A stretch of 63,899 bases of DNA, the filler included, from Rhabdomonas costata (lineage: Eukaryota), in the NCBI GenBank assembly GCA_019059605.1. It is 57 parts of 57 records of this genome, joined end to end, with 100 filler letters (N's around TTAATTAATTAA, not from the genome) between each part and the next. Parts side by side here need not be neighbours in the genome. Positions count along the whole stretch, not along the records: positions 38,184 to 39,206 come from JAHMHO010032949.1; positions 39,307 to 40,329 come from JAHMHO010032950.1; positions 40,430 to 41,452 come from JAHMHO010032951.1; positions 41,553 to 42,573 come from JAHMHO010032952.1; positions 42,674 to 43,696 come from JAHMHO010032953.1; positions 43,797 to 44,817 come from JAHMHO010032954.1; positions 44,918 to 45,940 come from JAHMHO010032955.1; positions 46,041 to 47,063 come from JAHMHO010032956.1; 49 more parts are not named here. The stretch is one strand, 5' to 3'. Every line of letters starts with the position of its first letter. Position 1 is the first letter of the stretch. Below are positions 38,964 through 51,554 of the stretch, in pieces. The notes below the pieces were generated by a model, which was given only the letters and a program-made list of their open reading frames with translations, searched no databases and was not told the origin of the DNA. The position numbers and the translations under genes were made by a program.

Positions 38964-39599
38964 GTATGACGCACCGACGCCCTCGTCCCTCTGTATTTTC
39001 GAGATTTTATGCTACTCTCAAGTTACCTGTCAACTCTAATCTCATGAGCAAGGGTGGTAAGCTCCAATCGGGAGGCAGGGTCTATTCTGTTCACGTGCCA
39101 AAAATCTGCACAACCAGAGGTCCCATTACTCGGTGAGTGTTCGTGGGTGCTCATTTTCCGCTCAACAACAAGCCCATGCCGTCTTTTCTGCTTCCAACAC
39201 CAAACCNNNNNNNNNNNNNNNNNNNNNNNNNNNNNNNNNNNNNNNNNNNNTTAATTAATTAANNNNNNNNNNNNNNNNNNNNNNNNNNNNNNNNNNNNNN
39301 NNNNNNAAAGCAATTGCGGTTTCTGGGAGGCAGGGGACCGGGGAGGGGTGGGAGGCGCAATGCAGTTATCCCCCATTGAAAGGTGAAGGTGCTCTTTTAG
39401 TACGTTCTTGGCACCGCAGAATCACAGTGTTCACTCTCGTCGCTCCTACTCGTCGCTCCTCTCACTCTTCACTTCTTACGTGGTGGTCGCTGCACCCTTC
39501 AACACTCTCACACCCTCACATCTTACTCCCTCTCACTTCCTACAATGCCTCCAACGTGTAGGTTGTCACCATAAACGCATCACTCTTACACACCTGGTT

Positions 39600-40329
39600 G
39601 GCAGCGGCCACATTCCAACTCACCTCTCAGCTCACCACCTTGAAGGCCTCCACTTCCAACATCACATCTTGCGTCAGGAATACCAGCATCAACATCAGCG
39701 TAAGGGTAACGGTAGCATCAAGAGTAGGAATCAGCGTAAGGTATCGCATCTCCGTAGCAGGGTTATGCTTTCCCTCTGACTTACGCTCCTGCTTACCCTC
39801 TGTCTCTGTAGGGGTAGGAATACGCGTAGGGTTATGCGTAGTTGTCAGTGTATCGGCATCAGGGTGACTCAGCTTGGCATCAGAGGTTCGCATCTTGGCA
39901 TCGGCATCAGAAACAGGGACCCTCACATCAGCAGCAGCAACAGCGGTAACATCAACAGCAGGAATCCTCACAGTAGCGCTAGACACAGAAGGCGTAGAAA
40001 CAGAGACATCAGCAGCAGCAACCCTCACAGCATCAGGAACCCTCACACACAACCCCTCAACCCTCACAGTAGCGTTAAACACAGGAAGCACGTCAGAAGC
40101 AGTAACATCAGCAGCAGGAACCACCACAGGAGACGGAGACAGAAACGGCATGGTTGACAGAGATGGCATGGATGAAGACGCGAACACCCCATTTGAGACA
40201 GAGCCAACACCGGAGACAGAACCAGACACAGAACCCGAACCCTGACACACACGAAGGCAACGACCCAGCACACGAACACCACCATCCACTGCACACCCAA
40301 CGCACCACTCTCCCCACCAAGGCCCAACG
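39600..40329. repeat. Low-complexity periodic region, possibly encoding a Thr/Ala/Ser-rich or Val-rich protein
   Basis: Recurring accctcaca and catcagcagcagca motifs; open frames on both strands (39874-40245 +, 39627-40289 -). Confidence 0.4.
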
Positions 40330-40664
40330 NNNNNNNNNNNNNNNNNNNNNNNNNNNNNNNNNNNNNNNNNNNNTTAATTAATTAANNNNNNNNNNNNNNN
40401 NNNNNNNNNNNNNNNNNNNNNNNNNNNNNGGTGTTGTGTGGAACCCCTGGAACAGCAGTGTGTCGGAGGGATTGCGAATGAGCGCATATGGCTGTCAAAG
40501 AGCATGTATGTGTCACACTGACCAGCTGAATCCGGGCACACGAGCCACGGCGCAGAACACCATGCATTGTTTGATGGTGCAGTCATCATTCAGCGCCATG
40601 CGCTTGAAAATCGCACAATATGCACACGTACGCGGGACACACATATCCGCCGGGGGGGGGTCAG

Positions 40665-40811
40665 GTTGGACCCAACGGCTCTGGGAAGTCGACCTTCCTG
40701 AACGTCGTGTGCGGGGAGCTGGAGCCCATCTCGGGGCGAGTGATTCGCAACGGAAAGATCCGCGTCGCCACGTTTGCGCAGCACCACGTCAACCAACTCA
40801 ACCTGCAAATG
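40665..40811 (+). CDS. ABC-F family ATPase (ABCF3/GCN20-like), second NBD exon
   Basis: VGPNGSGKSTFLNVVCGELEPISGRVIRNGKIRVATFAQHHVNQLNL; phase-0 AG/GT bounds. Confidence 0.9.
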
Positions 40812-43197
40812 GTGTGTGTGTGTGTGCGTGGCAAAGGCAAAAGAGGTGGAAAGCAATGTAGTTGCCATGGAGTCGAGGAGTCGGGGAAAGAGGCCACCGA
40901 AGGATGCTCCGTGTTTGTGAGAGTGAGAGTGAGAGACCTTTTTCTGTCATCGTCTCTGGTCTCGCGGCTGCTCGAGACTCGGGTCATTCAGGCAGCTCAT
41001 GTCCCCAACCAGACACCTACTGGCCCCCATATTCCACAGGGGAAGACCTGGTTGGGGTGGGGCCAGAGTTGCCTTCAGCCTAACGCCAAATCGAGACCAG
41101 CGTGTTAGACCGTGGTGTGGATTCGCGCCGACTTCGGTGCCTGACAGTATCCGAACCAGTGTTTACCCTTCACACCCAGCTCTGCGTGTGTATGTGCGCA
41201 TGTGCGTGTGTGCGCGCGCCAGACCGCCTGTATCGCCTCCACGTCACGGCGCAATTCACTTTTTTCTTTGTGGAGGGATGGGGGGGGATGTTAAACGTTA
41301 AATGGTTGAACAACGTTGGCAACGCACAACCGTAAAAGGTTGCTCAAGGATGAGCTACGAATTCAAGACGTTGACAGTAATTTCGTAGCCATTGGTGGCA
41401 GCGAAGTGTGCAGCAACCTTTTTCTCTTGTCACTCGCGCCTACCCCCCCACCNNNNNNNNNNNNNNNNNNNNNNNNNNNNNNNNNNNNNNNNNNNNTTAA
41501 TTAATTAANNNNNNNNNNNNNNNNNNNNNNNNNNNNNNNNNNNNNNNNNNNNGTGTGTGGGGAAGTGGCCACTGCTGGAAGCCCATGCCAAAGCGGGCTC
41601 TTTCAACCTTAGTTTCGTTTTTGTGCAGTCCGAACCTCGGAACCTTGTTCAGCTTCTGCAGCTGATTTTGTACGGATCCGTAGAAGCGGTCCACTGACGC
41701 ATTTTGATTTGTGTTTTGCCTTTGGTATGGGATTGCACTTCACTGGGACCCTGAGGTAGTAGGAAAGTCATTGCAACAGACGTGCCCGAAACGTGAGCGC
41801 CTTCCTACACTCCCCGCCTTGCTGAGAGAGCAGCTGATCAGCTGATCGAGTGTAATGACTGTCATTGTAGGTGCGTCGAGCGGGTGCCGCCTTGCTGTGT
41901 TTGTGGCGATCTTAAATGTGCACTTTCTTTCTTTCTGTTTTTTTGTTGGGCGTAGGGTGGCGAGCTGATGCGCACCCTTGGCTCTCATGGAAGTGCCCAG
42001 GTCGGTTCTGTGTGCCTTATGCAGAGTCTTGTGTCTTATGCAGAAACTTGAGATGTTGAGTTTCAGACGATTCAGCGACCCGGACGGGTTTTTCAATGTT
42101 GTGTTCGCCTGCCTGCATACTGCATGCGCTAATATTTTCTGGTGACCGACTTTTTGTCCACAGCTCTGCGTATTGTTCCTTACACGAACCTATTGTGGGC
42201 CGATGGTTCTGAGCGCGGTGAGCGAGTTCGCAAAACGAAATTCGCCCGGCCTTTCTGTGCCGTGGCGCGACATTCTTCCACTTCCCTACACATATACAAA
42301 CTTATACACTGTCCCACTCACCCAAACCAAAAACCTGTTTCGCAGTTGTGAGCATCCTTCGAACACAGAAGCCATCTTGCATTTATTATTTCCTCCTTCT
42401 TCGTGTTTTTTTTCATTTTGCCCCTGACACTTTGGGAGCCCTTGACGTGCTTTCTTCTCTTCCTTATTCTCTGCTCTCTATTTTCCCGCGTGAGTTGCGC
42501 TTCAGGCACGACCGCCCTAACCGACCTACCACCCCACCCGTCGATCACCAACAACCCCAACCACACCCAACACNNNNNNNNNNNNNNNNNNNNNNNNNNN
42601 NNNNNNNNNNNNNNNNNTTAATTAATTAANNNNNNNNNNNNNNNNNNNNNNNNNNNNNNNNNNNNNNNNNNNNGTGTGGGGGGAAAATTGGGGTCTGAAA
42701 GGCAGTTTTAGGGCAGTTTTGCTCCCCAGTTTCCCCCCCTCCCTGCGAGAGCGACATCCGCCTTGAGCGAGCCTATTGTATGGGCTGCCAGCAATACGCC
42801 ACAGGAAGAATAGAAGGAGCGGAAACAAAGTCACTCTGTGTGTGTGTGAAGGAGTGACACATTATTAAGGGATGGGCAAAAACTTGCCCTATGAAGTTTG
42901 ACATCACAGATAGCCAGGAGTATATCATGGAAGAATGACTGGAAAGGTGTTTCGGTCTAAATCGTCTTACATTGAAAAGGTGAGGGAGGGGGGCGGGTGG
43001 ACACATGGGAGCAGTGGGCTGCTCATATCGGATTTGAAACAGTTGCTTTGAGAGTCAGTGGAAGGTCATCTCTTTTTTCAGTTTAACGAAAATGGATCCC
43101 GACTGCCCAACCTTCCCACTCATTGTCAACCCTTGACCTTCCTTAGCCAGCCCAGAACCACGGCACATTGACCAACAACCCGAAAAATGCGAGGCAC

Positions 43198-43449
43198 CTT
43201 TTTGAAGTTTGTCAGGATGCCTAAATCATCATCATAGCACATCGGGAAGATCCTCCACTCAAAGATCGTCAGAAACGCCAGCACCATCACCACAGTCTGC
43301 ACCGCGATGAAGCCGTACAGCCACCGAGTGTCCCCGCTTAGCTTGCGGTGCATCACGGTGGCGACAAGCACCATCACGCTCTCCATGTATCGGGCTGCAA
43401 CCCAGAGCTGGATGGAGTGGTTCTGCTGGAGTGGGAACACACCCATTCC
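43198..43449 (-). CDS. MASE3 membrane-associated sensor domain exon
   Basis: 84-codon AG/GT-bounded exon GMGVFP..NHSIQLWVAARYMES..TIFEWRIFPMCYDDDLGILTNFKK. Confidence 0.8.
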
Positions 43450-44917
43450 CTGCGAAGACAGACGGAAGGCTACAAGTGGGGATGAATGAAAAAAGCATAC
43501 CCAGCCCGAAATAATTCACCGTCATCCTGAAGCCTGTGTGGGTCGAAAATGAGCAAAGGTGCAATTTACGTTGGAAGAGGGGGAGTAACGGTTGGTCCCA
43601 AGAAAAAATTGCCCCCACTCCCCTAAAAGTGAGAGTTTCACAGGTGCACTCCAAAAGAAGTTTTCACTCACAAGGCAATATTATCCCACCAAAAACNNNN
43701 NNNNNNNNNNNNNNNNNNNNNNNNNNNNNNNNNNNNNNNNTTAATTAATTAANNNNNNNNNNNNNNNNNNNNNNNNNNNNNNNNNNNNNNNNNNNNCTTG
43801 CAGATTTCCACATGAGGGGAAAGAAGCCGCGTTGGACAGTGAGGTTACCGAGGGAGTTAGCGTGGGCGTACAGAGTTCCAGAGTGAGGTAATGTTTACTT
43901 TGCCGTCTATGACGTGCACCCCCTGATCTGTCGGAAACATTACCTATCCAGCCTAATATTATAATACAACAAATTTTACTTTCAAAATGTCATAAGCGCG
44001 CTTTCCAAATCTTGCTAAATACATGTGTGTGGTCCGAAACAAAATGCCATGCAAGATTTCAAGAAAATGTCGTGCGCAATTCTTGCTTTACCGTTAGGAA
44101 CCACGCACCATGGCGAGCGCGCAGGGATGGAAGTTGGCGAACACTATAAGGAGTATGCAGGAGGAACACAATCTTGAAGATCCTCCTGCGTACACTCCTC
44201 TTCCTTGTGCTCTCGGAGCACTCTGTGCGGTATCGTTGACGGAGAAGCGTCCCTCTCCTCCTCAGGGTAATCGATCTGAAGCTGCTGCATATAAGATGCC
44301 ACATACCCTGAGTCTACTTCCCTTTCGCAGAGGAAAGGGGAAGGTGAGCGACGGCAAGCAGGTGTTTGTTTGTTTGTTTGGCCTTCCAGCTCAACGGGTT
44401 TGCGAAACTGTGCCCACGCATTCACGTCAACCTTGTCTCCTTCAGAGTTGGTCGCAGGTGGATTTTGAGTATCAGAACCTCAAGCAACCTACGGAATTCA
44501 CTTGCACATTTTCCTGAATGTGTGTGTGTGTGCGGGGGGGGGGGGAGCGTTGGGCAACCCAAGAGACGCAGTGCAAGCACATTCGCGAAGGAAAGAATGT
44601 TCTTTGCTCAGTTCCTGATGGTGGACAAATAGAAACACTACATGCGTGCAAGGCTCCGCAGACTCTTCTTTGTACTCGGTAACGGCAGGCTAAACATCAC
44701 AGAAGTACTCTTCATATTAAGCAAACTAATCGCAAAAGCGAGAACACAGAAAAGTACACCAGTGCCTCCACCCACCTTGAGCGGAGACAAGCCGCACTTG
44801 TTTTCTCCACACCCCCCNNNNNNNNNNNNNNNNNNNNNNNNNNNNNNNNNNNNNNNNNNNNTTAATTAATTAANNNNNNNNNNNNNNNNNNNNNNNNNNN
44901 NNNNNNNNNNNNNNNNN

Positions 44918-45404
44918 GGGGGAGCACCTTCTCAGAGTGCGCCAAGCTGCTGGACTATGGCGGGTGCCTCGTGTTCTTTGGGGCCACCACTGGGCCGGCG
45001 AAGGACCTGGATCTCTTCAACCTCTTCTGGAAACAAGCCCGAGTGCAGGAATGATGCTTTTCACTCCAAGAACATCTGGGCCTGAGATTAGTGCAGCTGG
45101 CAGCCTTTAACAGTTTACAGGGAACGCCTGTTGGGAATGTTGAAGGAAAGCTGCTGCCGGTGTCGATAGATGGAGGAGGTCCTATTGTGAGCTTTGCTTG
45201 TTTAGGATGCGTTGCAGGGGGTTGGGTATTTCTCAGGGTACGACGATGGGCTCAGACCAGGACTTTACGGAGATGCTAGGCTTTGTGGAGGAGCATAAGC
45301 TGGTCCCCACGGTGCACAGCGCAAGGCCCTTCACCGAGGTGCTGGCTGCGCTGGATGATCTTGGCCACGGCGACACCTTTGGGAAGCTCGTGGTGACATT
45401 TTGA
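44918..45404 (+). CDS. MDR-superfamily oxidoreductase (quinone reductase-like), C-terminus (exons to 45048, 45237-45404)
   Basis: GGCLVFFGATTG..LFWKQARVQ|GTTMGSDQDF..GDTFGKLVVTF*. Confidence 0.9.
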
Positions 45405-46980
45405 GAAAAAGACGAAGATGGGATGATCAGGGATGCGAGGGCGAATTCCTGCTGGTGAACAAGCCGGATGTCGTCCCTGCAAGAGAGGGTTCTGAAAGGG
45501 GTGGCTGTCTCTCTGGGGGGAAAACGTTACTTTTCCTCGAGCTTTCTGTACCATTGTGTTCACTACGCTTCGGTCGGTGTGTCTGTGTGTATGCGTCTGG
45601 GGACTGATTGTTTTCTGAAAGACGTTCGGGTTTGATTGTTTTTCGCAGCATTTGTCGACATGGGATTCCATAATCACCACTTCTGCTTCGCTTCATTTTG
45701 GTGCCTGTGTGTGTTCCCAACCGAAGTTCGCAAGACAACACCCCTTTCTGTTCCTCCGTAAATCGCAAGAAACCCTGGACCGGAAGGCCCGGGAAAGTGC
45801 GTGACATGTGCCCAAGAATGGTCATCGCCCCGGATTGCGGTTGCTTTACCGGCTATTATGGTTCGGTAGCGCTTGTTGCATGGGTTTCTGTCTGCCCCGT
45901 TGCCCCGTGATGGTGGGTAACGCAAGACATACAACAAAACNNNNNNNNNNNNNNNNNNNNNNNNNNNNNNNNNNNNNNNNNNNNTTAATTAATTAANNNN
46001 NNNNNNNNNNNNNNNNNNNNNNNNNNNNNNNNNNNNNNNNGGGGTGGTTTGGGCTCCAACTGTTTACTCAGTGCGTGACGCGTCAAAAATTTACTGTTTG
46101 AAAAATTGTAATCGCGTTTGGATTTCGGAGCTTCAAAAATCATTCAAAAACCTATACCAACACATTTCCCAAAAGGTTCGAAATGACGCACCGTGAACAT
46201 CGCGGCACCATGCGCTGATCAGTGGACTCTTCGCTGCCATTTCGAATTTTGGCCCATGCAACATCTCTCACAACTCTCACAACACTCGTGCAAAATGTCC
46301 AAGGAAAGGAAAGGTACGAGGCAGGAGGGAGGGGAGGGGCAGACGCAGACCCTTCTCTGGCGGCAAGGGACAGCGCCGGGTTGTACTGCAGAAGAGCAAA
46401 GATATATTGAGAGACAGGTTTCCTTTCCTCCGAGGTATGTCACATTGAAAAAGGTAGCCCGGTTTTCTGCGTCGCTTGCTGTCCTGTTTTATTTCCGCGC
46501 TTCCAGCATGGCAGCCTGCACCGCCACAAGAGCGAGGGGTAACCTGTGAACAGGGACATTTAGTGCAGGCAGTTCCATCGCCAAGGTGGAGACTGCGTAT
46601 TTTACAAAAAAAATGCTAATGCTCACCACAGATGAGTTTCCGGTTGCTGGCAATAAAGCTAAGCAAAGGGAGGCATACGTTCAGCCGAGGTAGCGGGGAC
46701 AACGAGGCCAGAACACCCACGCAGTCGTCGTAGGCGGCCCAACCTGAGTGTTCACGAAGCCGCCGCAACAACACGCACAGTGGAGGATGGAGCAACTCTG
46801 ATGCCAGGTGCTCCTCAGCCACTGCGTGCAGGTGCTCTTTTCAGGTGCTTTTGCAACAACAGAGAGAGGCAGAGAGGGGGAGAAAAGATCTTTCCGTACA
46901 TTGTTTTCTTTTTGGGTTCTACTTGGGTTCTACTTGGGTTCTAATCACTTGAGGGGTTGAGGCGATGGCGACGGCTTCCA

Positions 46981-46981
46981 A

Positions 46982-47053
<72 letters not shown>
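46981..47053 (+). repeat. (AAAG)n microsatellite
   Basis: About 18 tandem AAAG units. Confidence 0.97.
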
Positions 47054-48288
47054 ACAAACAAACNNNNNNNNNNNNNNNNNNNNNNNNNNNNNNNNNNNNN
47101 NNNNNNNTTAATTAATTAANNNNNNNNNNNNNNNNNNNNNNNNNNNNNNNNNNNNNNNNNNNNGGGGGTGTGGGAAGAGGACGATGTGGGTTTGTGGGAG
47201 GGTAAAGAAAGGTGCCGGATGGCTCGGAGAAGTGCCCTACCCTCCAGATTGTGTTGTGCCTGCAACTTTTCCCGTTCATCGTCATGCTCTCTTTGACGGG
47301 GCCGAGTGTCTGGACTTTGCCCATTTGTATTCCCTCCCCCCTCGAGTGGCTCTTTCGGTGCCTCTATTGCAACCCCTCTTCCTCTGCCGTGCCTTAGCTC
47401 ATCGATGCGTGTCTCTCTCTATCCCCTTTTTGTGAAAGCACCGCTGGGCTGCCTTACCTCGTTTTCCATGCTTTTCGTCCAGAAAACTTTTTACCCACAG
47501 CCCCCTTGCGTTTTCTTTGCGACGTTCCACTTGTTTCTGGTGGAGGTGGAGGTGGGGATGCCCTTCCTCCCGGCTTGCCGTACAGAAACTTTGCTCCCTT
47601 CGCAACGTTTCCTGTTTTCTGACCTTGGAAAGAGGAAATATGAGAGGGCAACAGGCGTTAGTGGGAGGCAGGGGCTTTGTGAAAATGAGACGGGGTGTAA
47701 TTGTACTTGTACTCGTACTTGGGAAAGATGAAAAAAGAATAGATGTCGTTTTATCACCCTTCGTAGCGGACACCGCTGATGAGTAAGGACTGATACACAA
47801 TACTTCAGGAAGGAAGACGGTTTTAGACTGTGGGAACTCTCGGAGAGATTATTTTCGGCCCAACTTGGATCCGTGAGGTGATGCAGATCTCTAGAACTCA
47901 CCCTGCATTGGAGTCTCTGCTCAACGAGGAGTAGCCTGCGCCCCTTGCGGGCTGAATGGCGGTAGTACCCTTTTGTTCGGATCCAGAAACAAGTGCACCA
48001 CAGCAGCACAACACAAAAGGCTAAAGTGTGCGGGTTGTGTAAGGTTACCCCTTATGTGTTCGCCCAAAAGAGTTGCATCGGCTCAGCAAGTGGGGACGGG
48101 TTGTAGAGTAGTGCCCCTGTGGGACGGTGAAGACTGGGCAAGATACGAACACTAGAGGCACCCTTTTATAAAAAAGCCAAAAAACCNNNNNNNNNNNNNN
48201 NNNNNNNNNNNNNNNNNNNNNNNNNNNNNNTTAATTAATTAANNNNNNNNNNNNNNNNNNNNNNNNNNNNNNNNNNNNNNNNNNNNTG

Positions 48289-48392
48289 TTGGAACGAACA
48301 CTGGACCCACCATATATTCATCACATGTTTATACTCCTCGAAAATGAGTCGAAAATTTTAAGAATATATGGTGGGTCCAGTGTTCGTTCCAA
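48289..48392. repeat. 31-bp perfect inverted repeat at contig start
   Basis: 48289-48319 is the reverse complement of 48362-48392. Confidence 0.9.
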
Positions 48393-50531
48393 ACAGCGGG
48401 CAAAAAATAACACAATATTTACCAATAATTTTTTTGTACGAAACCGAATGAATAATGGATAAAATGTACTTTAAAAAATTGTATGATGGTCAATTAAACA
48501 AACACTCTTTAATCCGACATTGCCACCACGATTAACCACTTCCCGCTTTCGTATTTGCTAGTTTCCTTCGTTTCCTGCGTTTCCCTTGCCTTCTAGGAAT
48601 TGAATCGTCCCCTTTTCCATTACTTAAACAACGAAATCATTCGTTTCCTATTAATTAATTAATTAATGGTTTAATTTTCAAACAACCGGAATGAAACGCA
48701 CAGATTTCTTTGTCATTGCACATCAATAGAACATGATTACATTCACGATGCTTCAAAATTGAGAAGTATTTAAAGTCCATTAAGGTCCATTAAGTTCGCG
48801 TTTTATTGAGCGTGTTCTGGACCTTCCCTTTGTGACTTCTTTTGACGAGCCTTTGTTGCTTCATTTTACACATGGCCAGTACCAGCAAGTCCATGATGTC
48901 CTGGCAGGGCTCCCTCCGATCCCTGGAAAGCCCAGGCCACAACACTGGGCCGATGCCTGTTTTGCCAAGTGTTGCAGCTGGGCCTGAAACTGCCTTCTTT
49001 TATGGCAACAAAGGGCAAGTTCAGTTGCGCGGAGCCCTAGTTTTAGTCAGCTCTGTTTCACGGCTTGCACGGGCCCCTTCTTTTCCTGGTGTGTCCGCTT
49101 CCTATTTTTGTTTTCGTTTTTGCCTTTGTAGCTGAACCGCAAAACTGGATGTAGATTTTGAATATTGGGCCCTATGGACACCCAGAAATATTTACATGGT
49201 CGTTTTCTGCTGCGAGCAATTGAGTTCGCATCCACTCTTCCTGCCTCAATCTCCAGCGCTCAAAAGTCCGGCACACACACAGTTTGGGGCAGCAACAGCC
49301 CCACAAAACNNNNNNNNNNNNNNNNNNNNNNNNNNNNNNNNNNNNNNNNNNNNTTAATTAATTAANNNNNNNNNNNNNNNNNNNNNNNNNNNNNNNNNNN
49401 NNNNNNNNNGGTTGGGGGGTTGATTCAGTCAAATTGGTGAACGACCCAGCTAGATCATAATTGTGCCGGTGCATCAGAGCGTCGGTGGGGAGGAGACATG
49501 GCATCTTTGGGGGGTGCAGCTGACTCGGCGGCCCTTCTTCGGAGAGCCCCGCCTTGTTCCGTGTTCTGGAGAGAGCTCTTCGCTGTGCAGTACAGCATCA
49601 CCCCGCAATACTTTGACCTCAGCTCGAACAACCAGAACGTGATGGCAATCAACACGGCGATGCAGAAGTTGTATGCTGTGCACCTCCTCTTCGCACTTTG
49701 ATGACTTTTCCGCAACAATGACATTGTTTTGTGTTTGCAGTGAACAGAGTGGGGGCTATACAACTGAGCAGAGCGCGGCTCGGATGGGCAAAACACATGC
49801 AGACAACAGCGGACAAGATCAGCACACCTGTTGCTTCCACATCTCCCAACGTCATAAAGCAACTGCGGACATGATGAGTACAAGTGTTGCTTCGAACATC
49901 ACAGAATTTGCGTAAGATCAAATTAATCTGTTGAGAAACAGAGTTAGACAGTGCACCGTGCTTTACTGGATGGAAACTGAGGAAGTCGAAGGCAATAACG
50001 AAGTGCCTGGGGTTGTCAACTACGAGATTTTCCTTCCCTTTCTGCACCCACGGGGCGATCACTGTTTTTCCGGCTTCCTCTGCAAATCTTCTTTTCCGGT
50101 AATGGCACGCAGCGAGGCAAAGGTCAATGTGCTGTTCTGCACATCAGATGACCGGACGACACACCCATGAGGAAACGACGAAGCACTGAGCACCTTACCG
50201 ACGAAGGCGATTTTAATCCCTGTGTCATTTGTCTTGACCTTGATATGTGCCCTTAAAATGTTCGTGAACCGGTAATAGAACACCTCGAAGTCCGAGCACC
50301 TCGAAGCTTTCCTTTCTTTTCGTGTTCCGCATGTAGGCTCGCAAAGGTGCCCAACGTGGGCACTATCCCGGGGTTTGGGTTCTCACTGCTGCCATGCTGC
50401 GGAACACCAAAACCCAAATACACCTAACACANNNNNNNNNNNNNNNNNNNNNNNNNNNNNNNNNNNNNNNNNNNNTTAATTAATTAANNNNNNNNNNNNN
50501 NNNNNNNNNNNNNNNNNNNNNNNNNNNNNNN

Positions 50532-51554
50532 TTTAGCATCAGCATTGTTGATAAAATCATAAAATGCTCGTCCAACATCTCGGCAGTCTTTACCAAGTAC
50601 AGATGAATCAAAGCATAAACTATAATCAGGGTTTGGATATGTTTTATCAAGTTGGAATCTAATCATTTGAAGTTTAGTTGTAGCATCAGTTGTATTTTTT
50701 GCCTCAGTTGCAGCATTTGTAAAACCAGAGCTGAAGTCATTAGATGATTTTTTTACAGTTCCGGACCTACCTGTTTGTAAAAAGCAAGCTAAAAGATGTG
50801 TAACATTCCTTCCACCATTTGGTAAAGATAGACTAAAAGACTCATTATTCGATGAAATTGTATGTACTTGAGAAAAGTACTGTTTAAGATGTATTTCGTG
50901 AACCATATTTACAGGCGTTACGTCTGTAACGTAATAAAGCCACAGACTCACATCGCTCACACCTATTGCGACGGAATTTACAGTGGAATTTGATCCAGAT
51001 GATGATAAAGCAACTACTCCACCAGCTGGGAATGTCCCAGCTACAGATAAGATCTCATTTATCCAATTTGTATTTACGTTAAAATCAATTTCAACTTTAG
51101 TATGTGGAGGAATCCATTCATTACTTTGAAATAATGGGAACGGTAAAGACCAAGTTAAAGTCTGCTCTTGAAACGTATTTAATAGAAGCTGACATTTATT
51201 GGCATAAGCAGTACGTGGTGCACCACTGACAGCATCAGCTATTGATTGCGGAATAATAGGATTCGTCGACTCTATAGTTTCTTGCATGCTCTTTGTGTCA
51301 TAAATAGTGCGAAACAATGTGTTTGTGGCAGGTAATTCGTTCATATTGGATATCATCTTATCGTTCACTAATACTTTCCCAGTGGAAAAGAGTAGAGATA
51401 CAGGATTTTTTGAAAAGTAAGGAGTACCAACACCAGAAATATTCTGTAATGGTGTATGGACACCTGCTCCGTCTACTTGATCAACTCGAAGTTTTACAGC
51501 TAAAAAGCATTCTCTAGGCTTGCACCATTTATTCGTTGGTGTTTTAAATGTGAA
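50532..51554 (-). CDS. Polinton/Polinton-like virus major capsid protein (double jelly-roll), partial
   Basis: Frame open over all 341 codons of the contig, AT-rich, intronless. FTFKT..ECFLAVKLRV..NPVSLLFSTGKVLVNDKMISN..LFQSNEWIPPHTKVEIDFNVN..DVSLWL..KTYPNPDYSLCF..GRAFYDF is collinear with the Polinton MCP pattern. Confidence 0.75.

Noticed and set aside
48650-48667. Internal TTAATTAATTAA without Ns
   Set aside because: A short (TAAT)n microsatellite in AT-rich DNA; not a linker and no sign of function.
5619-51554. ART-NTPase and viral capsid as one linked defence locus
   Set aside because: They are on different contigs; co-occurrence in this window appears to reflect similar contig length only.
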